In this document: one piece after another, positions 53,622-64,000 of the stretch | How positions within the stretch are numbered: position 1 is the first letter of the stretch | Layout: each line of letters opens with the position of its first letter | DNA from: an uncultured Pelagibacteraceae bacterium | GTDB taxonomy: Bacteria > Pseudomonadota > Alphaproteobacteria > Pelagibacterales > Pelagibacteraceae | DNA length: 64,000 nt | Assembly: GCA_902524105.1 (NCBI GenBank) | Contig: CABZCD010000001.1 | Span: 12,733 to 76,732 of the forward strand | Direction: 5' to 3' | Translations under genes and position numbers: made by a program | The notes under the pieces: model-generated | What the model was told of the DNA's origin: nothing | Database searches by the model: none | What the model saw: only the letters and a program-made list of their open reading frames with translations

Positions 53622-54019
53622 TCAATAATAATTTATCAAATAAAGGGTTTTCTCAAAGACAATTGAGAGTAGGGGAGCTAGTAAAACAAAGCATTGGAGA
53701 AATTTTCATTAAAAATGAGACAAAGATTTCGTCATTTAATTCACGAATAATAACGGTAACAGAGGTAAGAATGACCCCAGACTTGAAAACCGCTAGGGTT
53801 TATGTGATACCACTAGGTGGAATAGATATGAAAGAAATTGTAGGAGTATTGACTGAGAACGCGCATCTTGTTAGAAAAGCTCTGTCAAAAAAGCTAAGTT
53901 TAAAATTTCTTCCAAAACTCAACTTTATTGAAGACAACTCTTTCGAATATGCAGAAAAAATTGAAAAGTTAATTAAAGAAAATAAAAAAAGTGAAACAGA
54001 AAAAAAAAGATATAATTAA
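53618..54019 (+). CDS. rbfA: Ribosome-binding factor A
   Basis: RQLRVGE, VTEVRMTPDL..A.VY, PKL.F..D. Confidence 0.94.
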   Translation: MINNNLSNKGFSQRQLRVGELVKQSIGEIFIKNETKISSFNSRIITVTEVRMTPDLKTARVYVIPLGGIDMKEIVGVLTENAHLVRKALSKKLSLKFLPKLNFIEDNSFEYAEKIEKLIKENKKSETEKKRYN

Positions 54020-54251
54020 GTCATTAGCTATTAACAAATCTGATGTCGGTTCAGCAGAGGTGCAGATTGGTTTATTAAGTAATAAAATTGAAAAATTGGC
54101 AGTTCATTTCAAAAAATTTAAAAAGGACAAACACTCTACTATAGGTTTATCAAAGTCAGTAAATAAAAGAAAAAGATTATTAAGTTATCTTAAGAAGAAA
54201 AAACCTGACTCATATGAAAAGATAATAAAACAATTGAGTTTAAGAAAATAA
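53991..54251 (+). CDS. rpsO: 30S ribosomal protein S15
   Basis: D.GSAEVQI, H.K..KKD.HS..GL...V.KRKRLL.YL. Confidence 0.93.
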   Translation: MKQKKKDIIKSLAINKSDVGSAEVQIGLLSNKIEKLAVHFKKFKKDKHSTIGLSKSVNKRKRLLSYLKKKKPDSYEKIIKQLSLRK

Positions 54252-56323
54252 TGTTTAAAATTCACAAAGAAGAAATAGATTTTGGTGGAAAAAAGTTAAT
54301 CCTAGAAACTGGTAAGATAGCAAGACAAGCCGATGGAGCAATAATAGCTAAGCTTGGTGAAACAGTTGTTTTAGCTACAGCTGTTGGTGCAAAAAGACTT
54401 AATGAAGGTCAAGATTATTTTCCTTTATCAGTTAATTATCAAGAAAAATATTATGCTGCTGGAAAAATTCCTGGAGGATATTTTAAAAGAGAAGCTAGGC
54501 CGACTGAGGCTGAAACATTAATATCTAGATTAATAGATAGACCTATAAGACCTTTGTTTCCATCTAGTTTTATGAATGAGGTACAATTATTACCAACAGT
54601 TTTATCCTACGATGGGGAAAATCAGCCAGACATTCTCTCTATTATTGCTTCTTCAGCAGCCTTATCAATTTCAGGTCTCCCTTTTCAAGGACCAATAGCT
54701 GCAAGCAGAGTAGGTTTCAAAAATGGAAAATATTTATTAAATCCATCTCAAGAAGAATTGAAAACCTCAGAACTTGATCTAGTTGTTGCAGGAACAAAAG
54801 ATGCTGTATTGATGGTAGAGTCTGAAACTTCAGGATTATCAGAAAAGATAATGTTAGATGCAGTAAAATTCGGTCATGAAAACTTTATACCAGTGATAAA
54901 TTTAATCGAAAAGCTAGCAAAAAAAACAAGCAAACCTAAATGGGAAATAGAAGAAATTGACAATTCAGAATTAAAGAAAAAAATAGCTAAAGAATTTGAA
55001 AGCGATCTTAGAAAAGCATTTAAAGAGGTTGATAAGAAAAAAAGGTCAACAGCAATTTCAGAAATTGATTCTAAATGTAAAGAAATGTTTAAAGATGATG
55101 AAAATGTTACAGAAAATCAAGCCATGGCTCAATTAAAATCCCTTGAAAAAGATATTGTAAGAACTGCAATTTTAAAAGATAAAAAAAGAATTGACGGTAG
55201 AGGACTTGCGGATGTACGAAAAATTGAGTGTGAAGTAGGTGTTTTACCAAGAACACATGGATCAGCTTTATTTACAAGAGGTGAAACTCAAGCTTTAGTG
55301 GTCACAACGTTAGGCATGTCTGATGATGAACAGAGACTTGAAAGTTTAGACGGTATGCAACGTTCAAGTTTCATGTTGCATTATAACTTCCCGCCCTTTT
55401 CAGTTGGTGAGTGCGGTAGAATAGGAACAGGTAGAAGAGAAATAGGTCATGGTAAATTAGCTTGGAGAGCCATAAACTCATCGTTGCCATTAAAAGAAAA
55501 TTTTCCATATACTCTAAGAGTAGTATCTGAGATTACAGAGTCTAACGGATCATCCTCAATGGCAACGGTCTGCGGAACATCTTTATCTTTAATGGATGCA
55601 GGGGTGCCAATTAAAGAACCCGTTGCAGGAATAGCTATGGGTTTAATTAAAGAAGGGGAAAAGTTTTCAGTTTTATCAGATATTTTAGGAGACGAGGATC
55701 ATTTAGGCGATATGGATTTTAAAGTAGCAGGAACTAAAGATGGTATCACATCTTTACAAATGGACATAAAGATAACAGGAATTACTTTTGAAATAATGGA
55801 ACAAGCTTTAAATCAAGCCAAAGCTGGAAGAGAGCACATTTTAGGTGAAATGAGTAAAGCGATTAAAACATCAAGAAAGGAATTTTCAAAACACACACCA
55901 AAAATGGAAACAATTAAAGTTGACAAAAAAGATATAGCCACAGTAATTGGAAAAGGTGGTGCAACTATAAGAGAAATAGTAGAAAAATCTGGTGCTAAAG
56001 TTGATGTTAAAGACACAGGAGAAGTAACTGTTGCAGCCCCCGATGAGAAATCAAGAAACTCTGCTATTGAAATTATAAAAGGTTTGATAGCAAAACCTGA
56101 GGTAGGCAAAATTTATAAAGGTAAAGTAGTAAAAATTATGGAATTTGGGGCTTTTGTAAATTTTCTTGGAAAACAAGACGGCTTAGTTCATATTTCTGAA
56201 CTTGCGGGTAAAAGAGTAGCTAAAGTGACTGATGTTGTAAAAGAAGGTGATGAAGTATCGGTTAAAGTTCTTGGTTTTGACAGAGGAAAAGTAAAACTTT
56301 CTATTAAACAAGCCGTAGCTTAA
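54251..56323 (+). CDS. pnp: Polyribonucleotide nucleotidyltransferase
   Basis: [32 protein letters not shown] and S1 domains. Confidence 0.98.
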   Translation: MFKIHKEEIDFGGKKLILETGKIARQADGAIIAKLGETVVLATAVGAKRLNEGQDYFPLSVNYQEKYYAAGKIPGGYFKREARPTEAETLISRLIDRPIRPLFPSSFMNEVQLLPTVLSYDGENQPDILSIIASSAALSISGLPFQGPIAASRVGFKNGKYLLNPSQEELKTSELDLVVAGTKDAVLMVESETSGLSEKIMLDAVKFGHENFIPVINLIEKLAKKTSKPKWEIEEIDNSELKKKIAKEFESDLRKAFKEVDKKKRSTAISEIDSKCKEMFKDDENVTENQAMAQLKSLEKDIVRTAILKDKKRIDGRGLADVRKIECEVGVLPRTHGSALFTRGETQALVVTTLGMSDDEQRLESLDGMQRSSFMLHYNFPPFSVGECGRIGTGRREIGHGKLAWRAINSSLPLKENFPYTLRVVSEITESNGSSSMATVCGTSLSLMDAGVPIKEPVAGIAMGLIKEGEKFSVLSDILGDEDHLGDMDFKVAGTKDGITSLQMDIKITGITFEIMEQALNQAKAGREHILGEMSKAIKTSRKEFSKHTPKMETIKVDKKDIATVIGKGGATIREIVEKSGAKVDVKDTGEVTVAAPDEKSRNSAIEIIKGLIAKPEVGKIYKGKVVKIMEFGAFVNFLGKQDGLVHISELAGKRVAKVTDVVKEGDEVSVKVLGFDRGKVKLSIKQAVA

Positions 56324-56328
56324 ATCAT

Positions 56329-56844
56329 TTAAATTTTGTACTCAAAATTTTGAGTTTCCTTATTGACTTGAAGTTCGACAGCGCCGTTTCTTAAATGAAA
56401 ATTTCTAGCCATATCGGTTAATGGAGAAAGAGTAACTAATCTATTTAAGTGATTAGATTTTTTTATTTTTTTAAATACCTCTTTAACAATAAGTTTACCA
56501 CCTCCCTTTTTTTTAGACCATACCGTGTAAGCTATGGCTATCTTACCAACTTTCTGATCTCTTCTTATACTTTGTAAGTGTGCATCTTTTGTCATTAAAT
56601 CTAATTCTTTTACAGATTTTGGTATTTCATTTGTAAATCCGAAACACATTATAGCGCAAATTTCATTTCTAAATTTTACACCATAAATTTTACGTCCATA
56701 ACTAGTCCTAAAATCGTTATTAAGCTCAGGTCTAATCGGGTCTTCCTCTGGATTACAAGATTGAAGCTCAACAAGTTCAGCTCCTTTAACCCAATCAAAG
56801 AAGTTTTCAAATTTTTCTCTAACCTTTTTGTTCAAATCTTTCAT
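56329..56844 (-). CDS. Hypothetical GNAT-fold protein resembling the catalytic core of malonyl-CoA decarboxylase
   Basis: AIAYTVWS, GKLIVKEV, LVTLSP, ARNFHLRNGA and NFEY parallel the MCD motifs AIFYSIS, G.FLIK.V, F.TLSP, VANFHL.NGA and NY.Y. Confidence 0.65.
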   Translation of the reverse strand: MKDLNKKVREKFENFFDWVKGAELVELQSCNPEEDPIRPELNNDFRTSYGRKIYGVKFRNEICAIMCFGFTNEIPKSVKELDLMTKDAHLQSIRRDQKVGKIAIAYTVWSKKKGGGKLIVKEVFKKIKKSNHLNRLVTLSPLTDMARNFHLRNGAVELQVNKETQNFEYKI

Positions 56845-56922
56845 TTTTAATCTTTATTTCTAATCTCTTTAAGTTTTTTCGGGTTTTCTATTTATGCAAT
56901 TTAGTAATGTTATTTTCGCAAG

Positions 56923-57708
56923 TTAGGATATGTTTTTTGGATCTGGCATTCCTACTTTGTTATATCCAGCGTCGACATAGTGTATTTCTCCGGTAACACC
57001 ACTAGCTAGATCACTTAATAAGTAAAGTGCTGAGTTACCCACATCGTGAATATCAACGTTTCTATTTAAAAAAGAATGATCCTCATTCCATTTGTAAAGA
57101 AACTTTGCATCTCCTATTGCTGATGCTGCTAAAGTTTTAATAGGTCCTGCACTTATAGCATTTACTCTTATTTTCTTTTGTCCAAGATCTCTTGCTAAAT
57201 ATTTTACACTAGCTTCCAAAGCAGATTTACAAACCCCCATCACATTATAATTTGGAATTGCTTTAGAGGACTCATACGTAAGAGTTAACATGCTCCCACC
57301 TTTTTTCATTATTTTTGAAGCTTCCTTGGCTACTTCTGTAAAGGAAAAACATGATATAAGCATGCTTTTAAGAAAATTTTCTCTTGTTGTATTTAAATAC
57401 TCCCCTGACAACTCTGATTTATCTGAGAAGGCAACTGCATGAACGACGAAATCAATTTCACCCCATTTAGATTTAATATCTTCAAAAAGTTTTCTAACGT
57501 CATCATTTTTTTCAACATTACAACTAAAAGTAATTTTTGAATTAAGCTTTTCAGCTAAAGGTATAACTCTTTTTTTTAATGCATCACCTAAGTATGTAAA
57601 AGCTAGTTCAGCCCCAGCCTCCGCAAGTTTTTGTGAAATTCCCCATGCAATTGATCTTTCATTTGCAACTCCCATTATCAATCCTTTTTTACCCTTCATT
57701 AAACTCAT
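56923..57708 (-). CDS. fabI: Enoyl-ACP reductase
   Basis: GVANERSIAWGI, YNVMGVCK, NAISAGPIKT. Confidence 0.96.
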   Translation of the reverse strand: MSLMKGKKGLIMGVANERSIAWGISQKLAEAGAELAFTYLGDALKKRVIPLAEKLNSKITFSCNVEKNDDVRKLFEDIKSKWGEIDFVVHAVAFSDKSELSGEYLNTTRENFLKSMLISCFSFTEVAKEASKIMKKGGSMLTLTYESSKAIPNYNVMGVCKSALEASVKYLARDLGQKKIRVNAISAGPIKTLAASAIGDAKFLYKWNEDHSFLNRNVDIHDVGNSALYLLSDLASGVTGEIHYVDAGYNKVGMPDPKNIS

Positions 57709-57710
57709 AA

Positions 57711-58922
57711 TTATACTTTCTCAAAAATTAATGCAGCGTTAGTACCACCAAAACCAAAACTGTTTGACATTACTACATTAAGTGATGCTCCTTTTTCAGT
57801 TTTAGTAACGATAGGAAATTTTTTAGCCACTTCATCCATTTCATTTATATTTGCAGAGCCAGTAATAAAATTGTTCTTCATCATGATTAAACAATAAATA
57901 GCCTCATGAACAGACGCAGCACCTAAAGGGTGTCCAGATAAAGATTTTGTAGAACTAATTTTAGGAATTTTTTCTCCAAAAGTTTTTTGAATAGCTTTTA
58001 ATTCAGTAATATCACCAACTGGAGTAGACGTTCCATGGGTGTTTATATAATCAATTTTATTTTTAGAAGTAGCAATTGCCATTTGCATACACCTTACTGC
58101 ACCCTCTCCAGATGGCGCTACCATGTCATATCCGTCAGATGTGGCACCATAACCAGTCAACTCAGCATAAATTTTTGCTCCTCTAGCTTTTGCTCGTTCA
58201 TACTCTTCAAGCACCAACACACCAGCTCCTCCAGCAATTACAAATCCATCTCTGGTTTTATCATAAGCTCTTGAAGCAGTTTCAGGTTTTTCGTTGTATT
58301 TTGAAGATAAAGCAGTCATCGCATCAAACATTGCAGTCATTGCCCAATGAACTTCTTCACTTCCACCCGCAAAAATAATATCTTGTTTTCCCATTTGAAT
58401 TAATTCCATTGCATTTCCAATACAGTGTCCACTGGTTGCACATGCTGAACTCATTGTGTAATTTGTCCCTTTAATTTTAAAAGGTACAGCAAGTGTTGCT
58501 GAAGCTGTACTACCCATAGTTCTGGGCACAATAAACGGACCCATTAACTTTGGTGTTTTTGCCCTAGTTTTATCTGCAGCAAGAATTACATTTTCAATTG
58601 ATGGTCCCCCTGAACCCATTATAATTCCAGTCTTAAAGTTGCTTACCTCATTTTCATTTAAACCAGAGTCTGAAATTGCTTCCTTCATAGCAACATAATT
58701 GTAAGCTGAACCAGAACCCATAAATCTAATTGTTTTTCTGTCCACAAAATCTGAAAGATTTAAATTTGGCTTACCATGTACATGACTTTTAAGATTATGC
58801 TCTTTATATTCTTCAGCATAAGAAATACCCGACTTTGAATTTATCAGCGATTGGTGAACTTCTTCCTGATTATTACCAAGACAAGATACTATACCAAGAC
58901 CTGTAACAACTACTCTTCTCAT
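57711..58922 (-). CDS. fabB: Beta-ketoacyl-ACP synthase I
   Basis: [31 protein letters not shown]; follows fabA. Confidence 0.95.
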   Translation of the reverse strand: MRRVVVTGLGIVSCLGNNQEEVHQSLINSKSGISYAEEYKEHNLKSHVHGKPNLNLSDFVDRKTIRFMGSGSAYNYVAMKEAISDSGLNENEVSNFKTGIIMGSGGPSIENVILAADKTRAKTPKLMGPFIVPRTMGSTASATLAVPFKIKGTNYTMSSACATSGHCIGNAMELIQMGKQDIIFAGGSEEVHWAMTAMFDAMTALSSKYNEKPETASRAYDKTRDGFVIAGGAGVLVLEEYERAKARGAKIYAELTGYGATSDGYDMVAPSGEGAVRCMQMAIATSKNKIDYINTHGTSTPVGDITELKAIQKTFGEKIPKISSTKSLSGHPLGAASVHEAIYCLIMMKNNFITGSANINEMDEVAKKFPIVTKTEKGASLNVVMSNSFGFGGTNAALIFEKV

Positions 58923-59425
58923 GATTTAAATAAACCTACTTTTAAATTTTCTGCAACGTAAATTACTTTTCCGTCAGCATCCAAAGTGCCATTTGCCAAT
59001 CCTACTACAGCACCCTCCTTTTTTAAAATTCTTTTTATATTAATTTTATATGTAGCCATCTTAATTTTTTTTAATACTTCACCAGTAAATTTAACTGTGC
59101 TTACGCCTAAAGCCCTTCCTTTTCCTGGTTCTCCAGTCCAACCAAGGTAAAAGCCAACTAATTGCCACATAGCGTCTAATCCAAGACATCCAGGCATTAC
59201 AGGATCATTTTGAAAGTGACATTTAAAAAACCATAGATCATCTTTAATGTCTAATTCTGCTTCCAAATATCCTCGTTTAAAAGATCCAGCATTATTTTCA
59301 ATTTTGGTAATTCTATCAAACATAAGCATAGGAGGCAGAGGTAATTTTGCATTGCCTTCTCCAAAAAGGATACCTTTCCCACAGTTAATTAAATCTTGAT
59401 AATTATAACTATTTTTTTGCCTCAT
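58919..59425 (-). CDS. fabA: 3-hydroxydecanoyl-ACP dehydratase/isomerase
   Basis: [32 protein letters not shown]. Confidence 0.97.
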   Translation of the reverse strand: MRQKNSYNYQDLINCGKGILFGEGNAKLPLPPMLMFDRITKIENNAGSFKRGYLEAELDIKDDLWFFKCHFQNDPVMPGCLGLDAMWQLVGFYLGWTGEPGKGRALGVSTVKFTGEVLKKIKMATYKINIKRILKKEGAVVGLANGTLDADGKVIYVAENLKVGLFKS

Positions 59426-59502
59426 TTTTAGAATCTGGTTTTACTTGATTAAAGTAAGTAATTATATATAAATAGTTAAAACTTATAAAGTAAACAAAAT
59501 CA

Positions 59503-59922
59503 ATGATTATCAGTGATAATTTAAAAATGTATGTTCAAAAACTAAGATCATCAAATCTTAGACCCACAAAACAGCGGCTAAAAATTTGCCAGTTTTTATT
59601 TAATAGAGAAAAAACTTTTCATTTTACAGTTGAGATATTAAATAAAAAAATAAATAAAAATAGGGGTACGAAAGTTTCTTTGGCAACAATTTATAATACA
59701 GTCGAGGCATTTACTAGCGCTGGGTATTTAAAAGAAATTTTAACTAGCAAAAATAAAAGTTATTACGATACGAACACTAAGTCGCACCATCACTTTTATG
59801 ATGAAGGGAGCAAAGAACTTACTGATATTCATTATAGTCAAATTAAATTAAGTAAAGTCCCAATCCCTCCAAAAGGCAAAAAGATCAAAAATCTTGAAGT
59901 TGTAATTAGAATTCAAAAATAA
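59503..59922 (+). CDS. irr: Irr-type iron/heme response regulator (Fur family)
   Basis: LRPT.QR, SLATIYNT, HHHFYD heme-binding motif; divergent from fabA as in other alphaproteobacteria. Confidence 0.82.
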   Translation: MIISDNLKMYVQKLRSSNLRPTKQRLKICQFLFNREKTFHFTVEILNKKINKNRGTKVSLATIYNTVEAFTSAGYLKEILTSKNKSYYDTNTKSHHHFYDEGSKELTDIHYSQIKLSKVPIPPKGKKIKNLEVVIRIQK

Positions 59923-59942
59923 TTATCTTTTATTGACTTTCT

Positions 59943-59963
59943 AGTTTAGAATTATTATAAACT
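59943..59963. promoter_or_regulatory. Irr box / iron control element (ICE) upstream of katG
   Basis: AGTTTAGAAT-T-ATTATAAACT, a 10-1-10 palindrome with one mismatch, matching TTTAGAA-N3-TTCTAAA; a TTGACT -35-like hexamer lies just upstream. Confidence 0.8.
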
Positions 59964-59967
59964 ATAA

Positions 59968-62151
<2,184 letters not shown>

Positions 62152-62152
62152 T

Positions 62153-62398
62153 ATGACTGAACTTACACAAGGTATTCACGGAGCAGCTAAGAGAATATAC
62201 GAAAATAATAAAGGTTCACTTTTAAGAACTCTTGTATACACTATAGGTCATTTTGCTATCGCCATAACCGTTTTAATGTTGATTGCAGACGTTTCTTTTT
62301 CCATTGCTTTAACAGATGCTATTGTTGAGCCGCTCGCTAATACTTTTTGGTATTTTTTATTGGATAAGTTTTGGGCTTCAAAAATTAAATCAAACTAG
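62153..62398 (+). CDS. Small membrane protein, DUF2061-like
   Basis: RTLVYT..H...EP..NT.WY...DK.W pattern with two hydrophobic helices; 1 nt after the katG stop. Confidence 0.6.
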   Translation: MTELTQGIHGAAKRIYENNKGSLLRTLVYTIGHFAIAITVLMLIADVSFSIALTDAIVEPLANTFWYFLLDKFWASKIKSN

Positions 62399-62833
62399 TT
62401 AAAGCTTACCCCAAATCCCATCTTTTTTTACCCATCCTGAATAATTTTCAGTTTTGATTTTACACCAATTTTCCTTACATTTTGAAATTATGAGTAATCG
62501 TCCTGCCCCAATATTTGCTAAAGGTTTTGAGAACACAGTAGGTCTTTTATATAAAACTTTTTCTCTAATAGTTATCCCAGATTTTTTTTTGGATAACTGT
62601 GAAATATGTATCCAGCCAGAATTATTTTCATGATCTTGTACCTTTCTAAAATTATCTGACTTTTCTTTAACTAAAACTGGTAAATATTTTTTTTTATATA
62701 TTATTTTTATAGGGTAATCAAAAGAAGGACCCAATCTTAAATTAACCTTATCGTTTCTCAAAGATAAAAAGTAATCATCACTTGCAAGTAAACTTAGAAA
62801 AAAAAAATAGAAAGGTATAATAAATTTTAACAT
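62399..62833 (-). CDS. Secreted bacterial SH3-domain protein
   Basis: Signal peptide, VNLR.GP..DYPI, GWIH.SQLS, WC.I....GWV. Confidence 0.88.
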   Translation of the reverse strand: MLKFIIPFYFFFLSLLASDDYFLSLRNDKVNLRLGPSFDYPIKIIYKKKYLPVLVKEKSDNFRKVQDHENNSGWIHISQLSKKKSGITIREKVLYKRPTVFSKPLANIGAGRLLIISKCKENWCKIKTENYSGWVKKDGIWGKL

Positions 62834-63570
62834 TGATTTTTACATTTTTTGTTTTTGCTTAAACTCACTTTTCTAAAATTCATTTTGATTGAGTCAAAAA
62901 TAATCATTTTTTGTCCCATATCTGACTTAAAGTTTAGTATTGAATTTAAAACTTCATTAGCCTGTAAAGTTCCCATAACTCCAGTAATTGTGGGCGTAAC
63001 TCCCTCAGTATCACAATTGTTATTTTGAGACGGAATTTCAGGCATAAAACATCTATAACATGGTGTTTTTTTTCTAAAATCAAACTTGAATATATGTCCA
63101 TCAAATCCACTCACTGCTGCAGATATTAAAATTTTTTTTTTCTTTAAACTAAAATCGTTAATTAATAACCTAGTATGAAAATTATCTGTTCCGTCACAAA
63201 TAATATCAAAATTTTGAATTAATTTTTCTATATTACTTTTATTCACTTTAAATTTATAAGATTTAATTTTTGATTTATTATTAATTTTTTTTATTTTTTT
63301 TTTTGCTATATCAACTTTATACTTTCCAATATCTTGTGTGTTGAAAATAATTTGACGATTTAAATTTGATAATTCAACTTTATCGTAATCTACAATACCA
63401 ATTGTGCCAACACCCGAACTTGCAAGATATACTGACAAAGGACACCCTAGACCACCCATACCAAAAATCAGTACTTTGGAGGACTTTATTTTTTTTTGAC
63501 CAATGATACCGAATTTTTTTAAGATTATTTGTTTAGAAAATTTTTTGTATTCGTTGTTAGAAATTCTCAT
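62827..63570 (-). CDS. HesA/MoeB/ThiF family adenylyltransferase
   Basis: GMGGLG, D.D.VELSNLNRQ, DGTDNF, PCYRC. Confidence 0.93.
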   Translation of the reverse strand: MRISNNEYKKFSKQIILKKFGIIGQKKIKSSKVLIFGMGGLGCPLSVYLASSGVGTIGIVDYDKVELSNLNRQIIFNTQDIGKYKVDIAKKKIKKINNKSKIKSYKFKVNKSNIEKLIQNFDIICDGTDNFHTRLLINDFSLKKKKILISAAVSGFDGHIFKFDFRKKTPCYRCFMPEIPSQNNNCDTEGVTPTITGVMGTLQANEVLNSILNFKSDMGQKMIIFDSIKMNFRKVSLSKNKKCKNQC

Positions 63571-63596
63571 ACTAAATTATTCATTTGATAAAATGT

Positions 63597-63629
63597 TTAT
63601 TTAAAATATTTAATTAAGACTTTTGTCAT
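63597..63629 (-). pseudogene. Possible N-terminal remnant of dut (dUTPase)
   Basis: Mini-ORF MTKVLIKYFK* overlapping the coaBC 3' end, where dut usually starts. Confidence 0.35.
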
Positions 63630-64000
63630 TAATTAATAATTCGTTTATAATTTTTTCAGATATTACCGATGCAATAAAACTTTTTTTATTTTTTTTTATA
63701 TTTGAAATTTTACCATCTGAGCGAATTATAGTTACCTCATTGAAATCTTTATTGAATCCTATATCTTTTTTAGATACGTCATTTGCTATTATCCAGTCAG
63801 CATTTTTGTTCTTTAATTTATTTTTTGAGTTTTGCAAAAGTTTCTCAGTTTCAGCTGAAAATCCTATAACAAGTTTCGGGCGAAATCGGTTATTTTTTCC
63901 AATATAATCTAAAATATCCACGGTATAGTCCAAACTTAAATTTTCTTTTCTTTTACTTTTTTTAATTTTATTTTTTTGGAAAACAGATGGTTTGTAATCT
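63610..64000 (-). CDS. coaBC: Bifunctional CoaBC, 3' end only (runs off window end)
   Basis: Frame open to the window edge: DYKP...KIKK...DIL...VIGFSAET...K.ADWIIANDVS...GF..D.N. Confidence 0.92.
   Translation of the reverse strand, partial: DYKPSVFQKNKIKKSKRKENLSLDYTVDILDYIGKNNRFRPKLVIGFSAETEKLLQNSKNKLKNKNADWIIANDVSKKDIGFNKDFNEVTIIRSDGKISNIKKNKKSFIASVISEKIINELLINDKSLN

Overview
A 64 kb, very AT-rich and almost fully coding segment of a streamlined alphaproteobacterial chromosome. Protein sequences, gene order, tiny or overlapping intergenic gaps and Lys/Asn/Ile-rich proteins point to SAR11/Pelagibacterales (inference). It is mostly core genome and probably origin-proximal: mnmE-mnmG-rsmG-parA-parB, with parS-like palindromes inside rsmG. 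Other blocks are aroE'-coaE-dnaQ, secB, hslVU, hisBAFE, ftsK-lolA, leuS-lptE-holA, a major porin, grpE-dnaK-dnaJ-dapB-nth, maeB, murJ-trpS-nfuA, fur-miaB-phoH-ybeY-lnt-metK, nusA-infB-rbfA-rpsO-pnp, fabA-fabB-fabI, irr-katG and moeB-coaBC'. I saw no rRNA, tRNA, CRISPR array, prophage or IS element. Most notable: (1) a 171-aa protein behind fabA-fabB-fabI that looks like a minimal malonyl-CoA/ACP decarboxylase with both catalytic motifs; (2) a 40-aa ArfA-like ORF missed by the ORF track; (3) a membrane-anchored Bax/GH73 glucosaminidase with 11/22-residue repeats; (4) an Irr box in front of a divergent katG; (5) several clean gene absences from conserved operons (hisH, hrcA/rph, mutS/glnD, trmB/rimP, truB, dut), with a probable dut scar. 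All family assignments come from motif recognition by eye, not from database searches.
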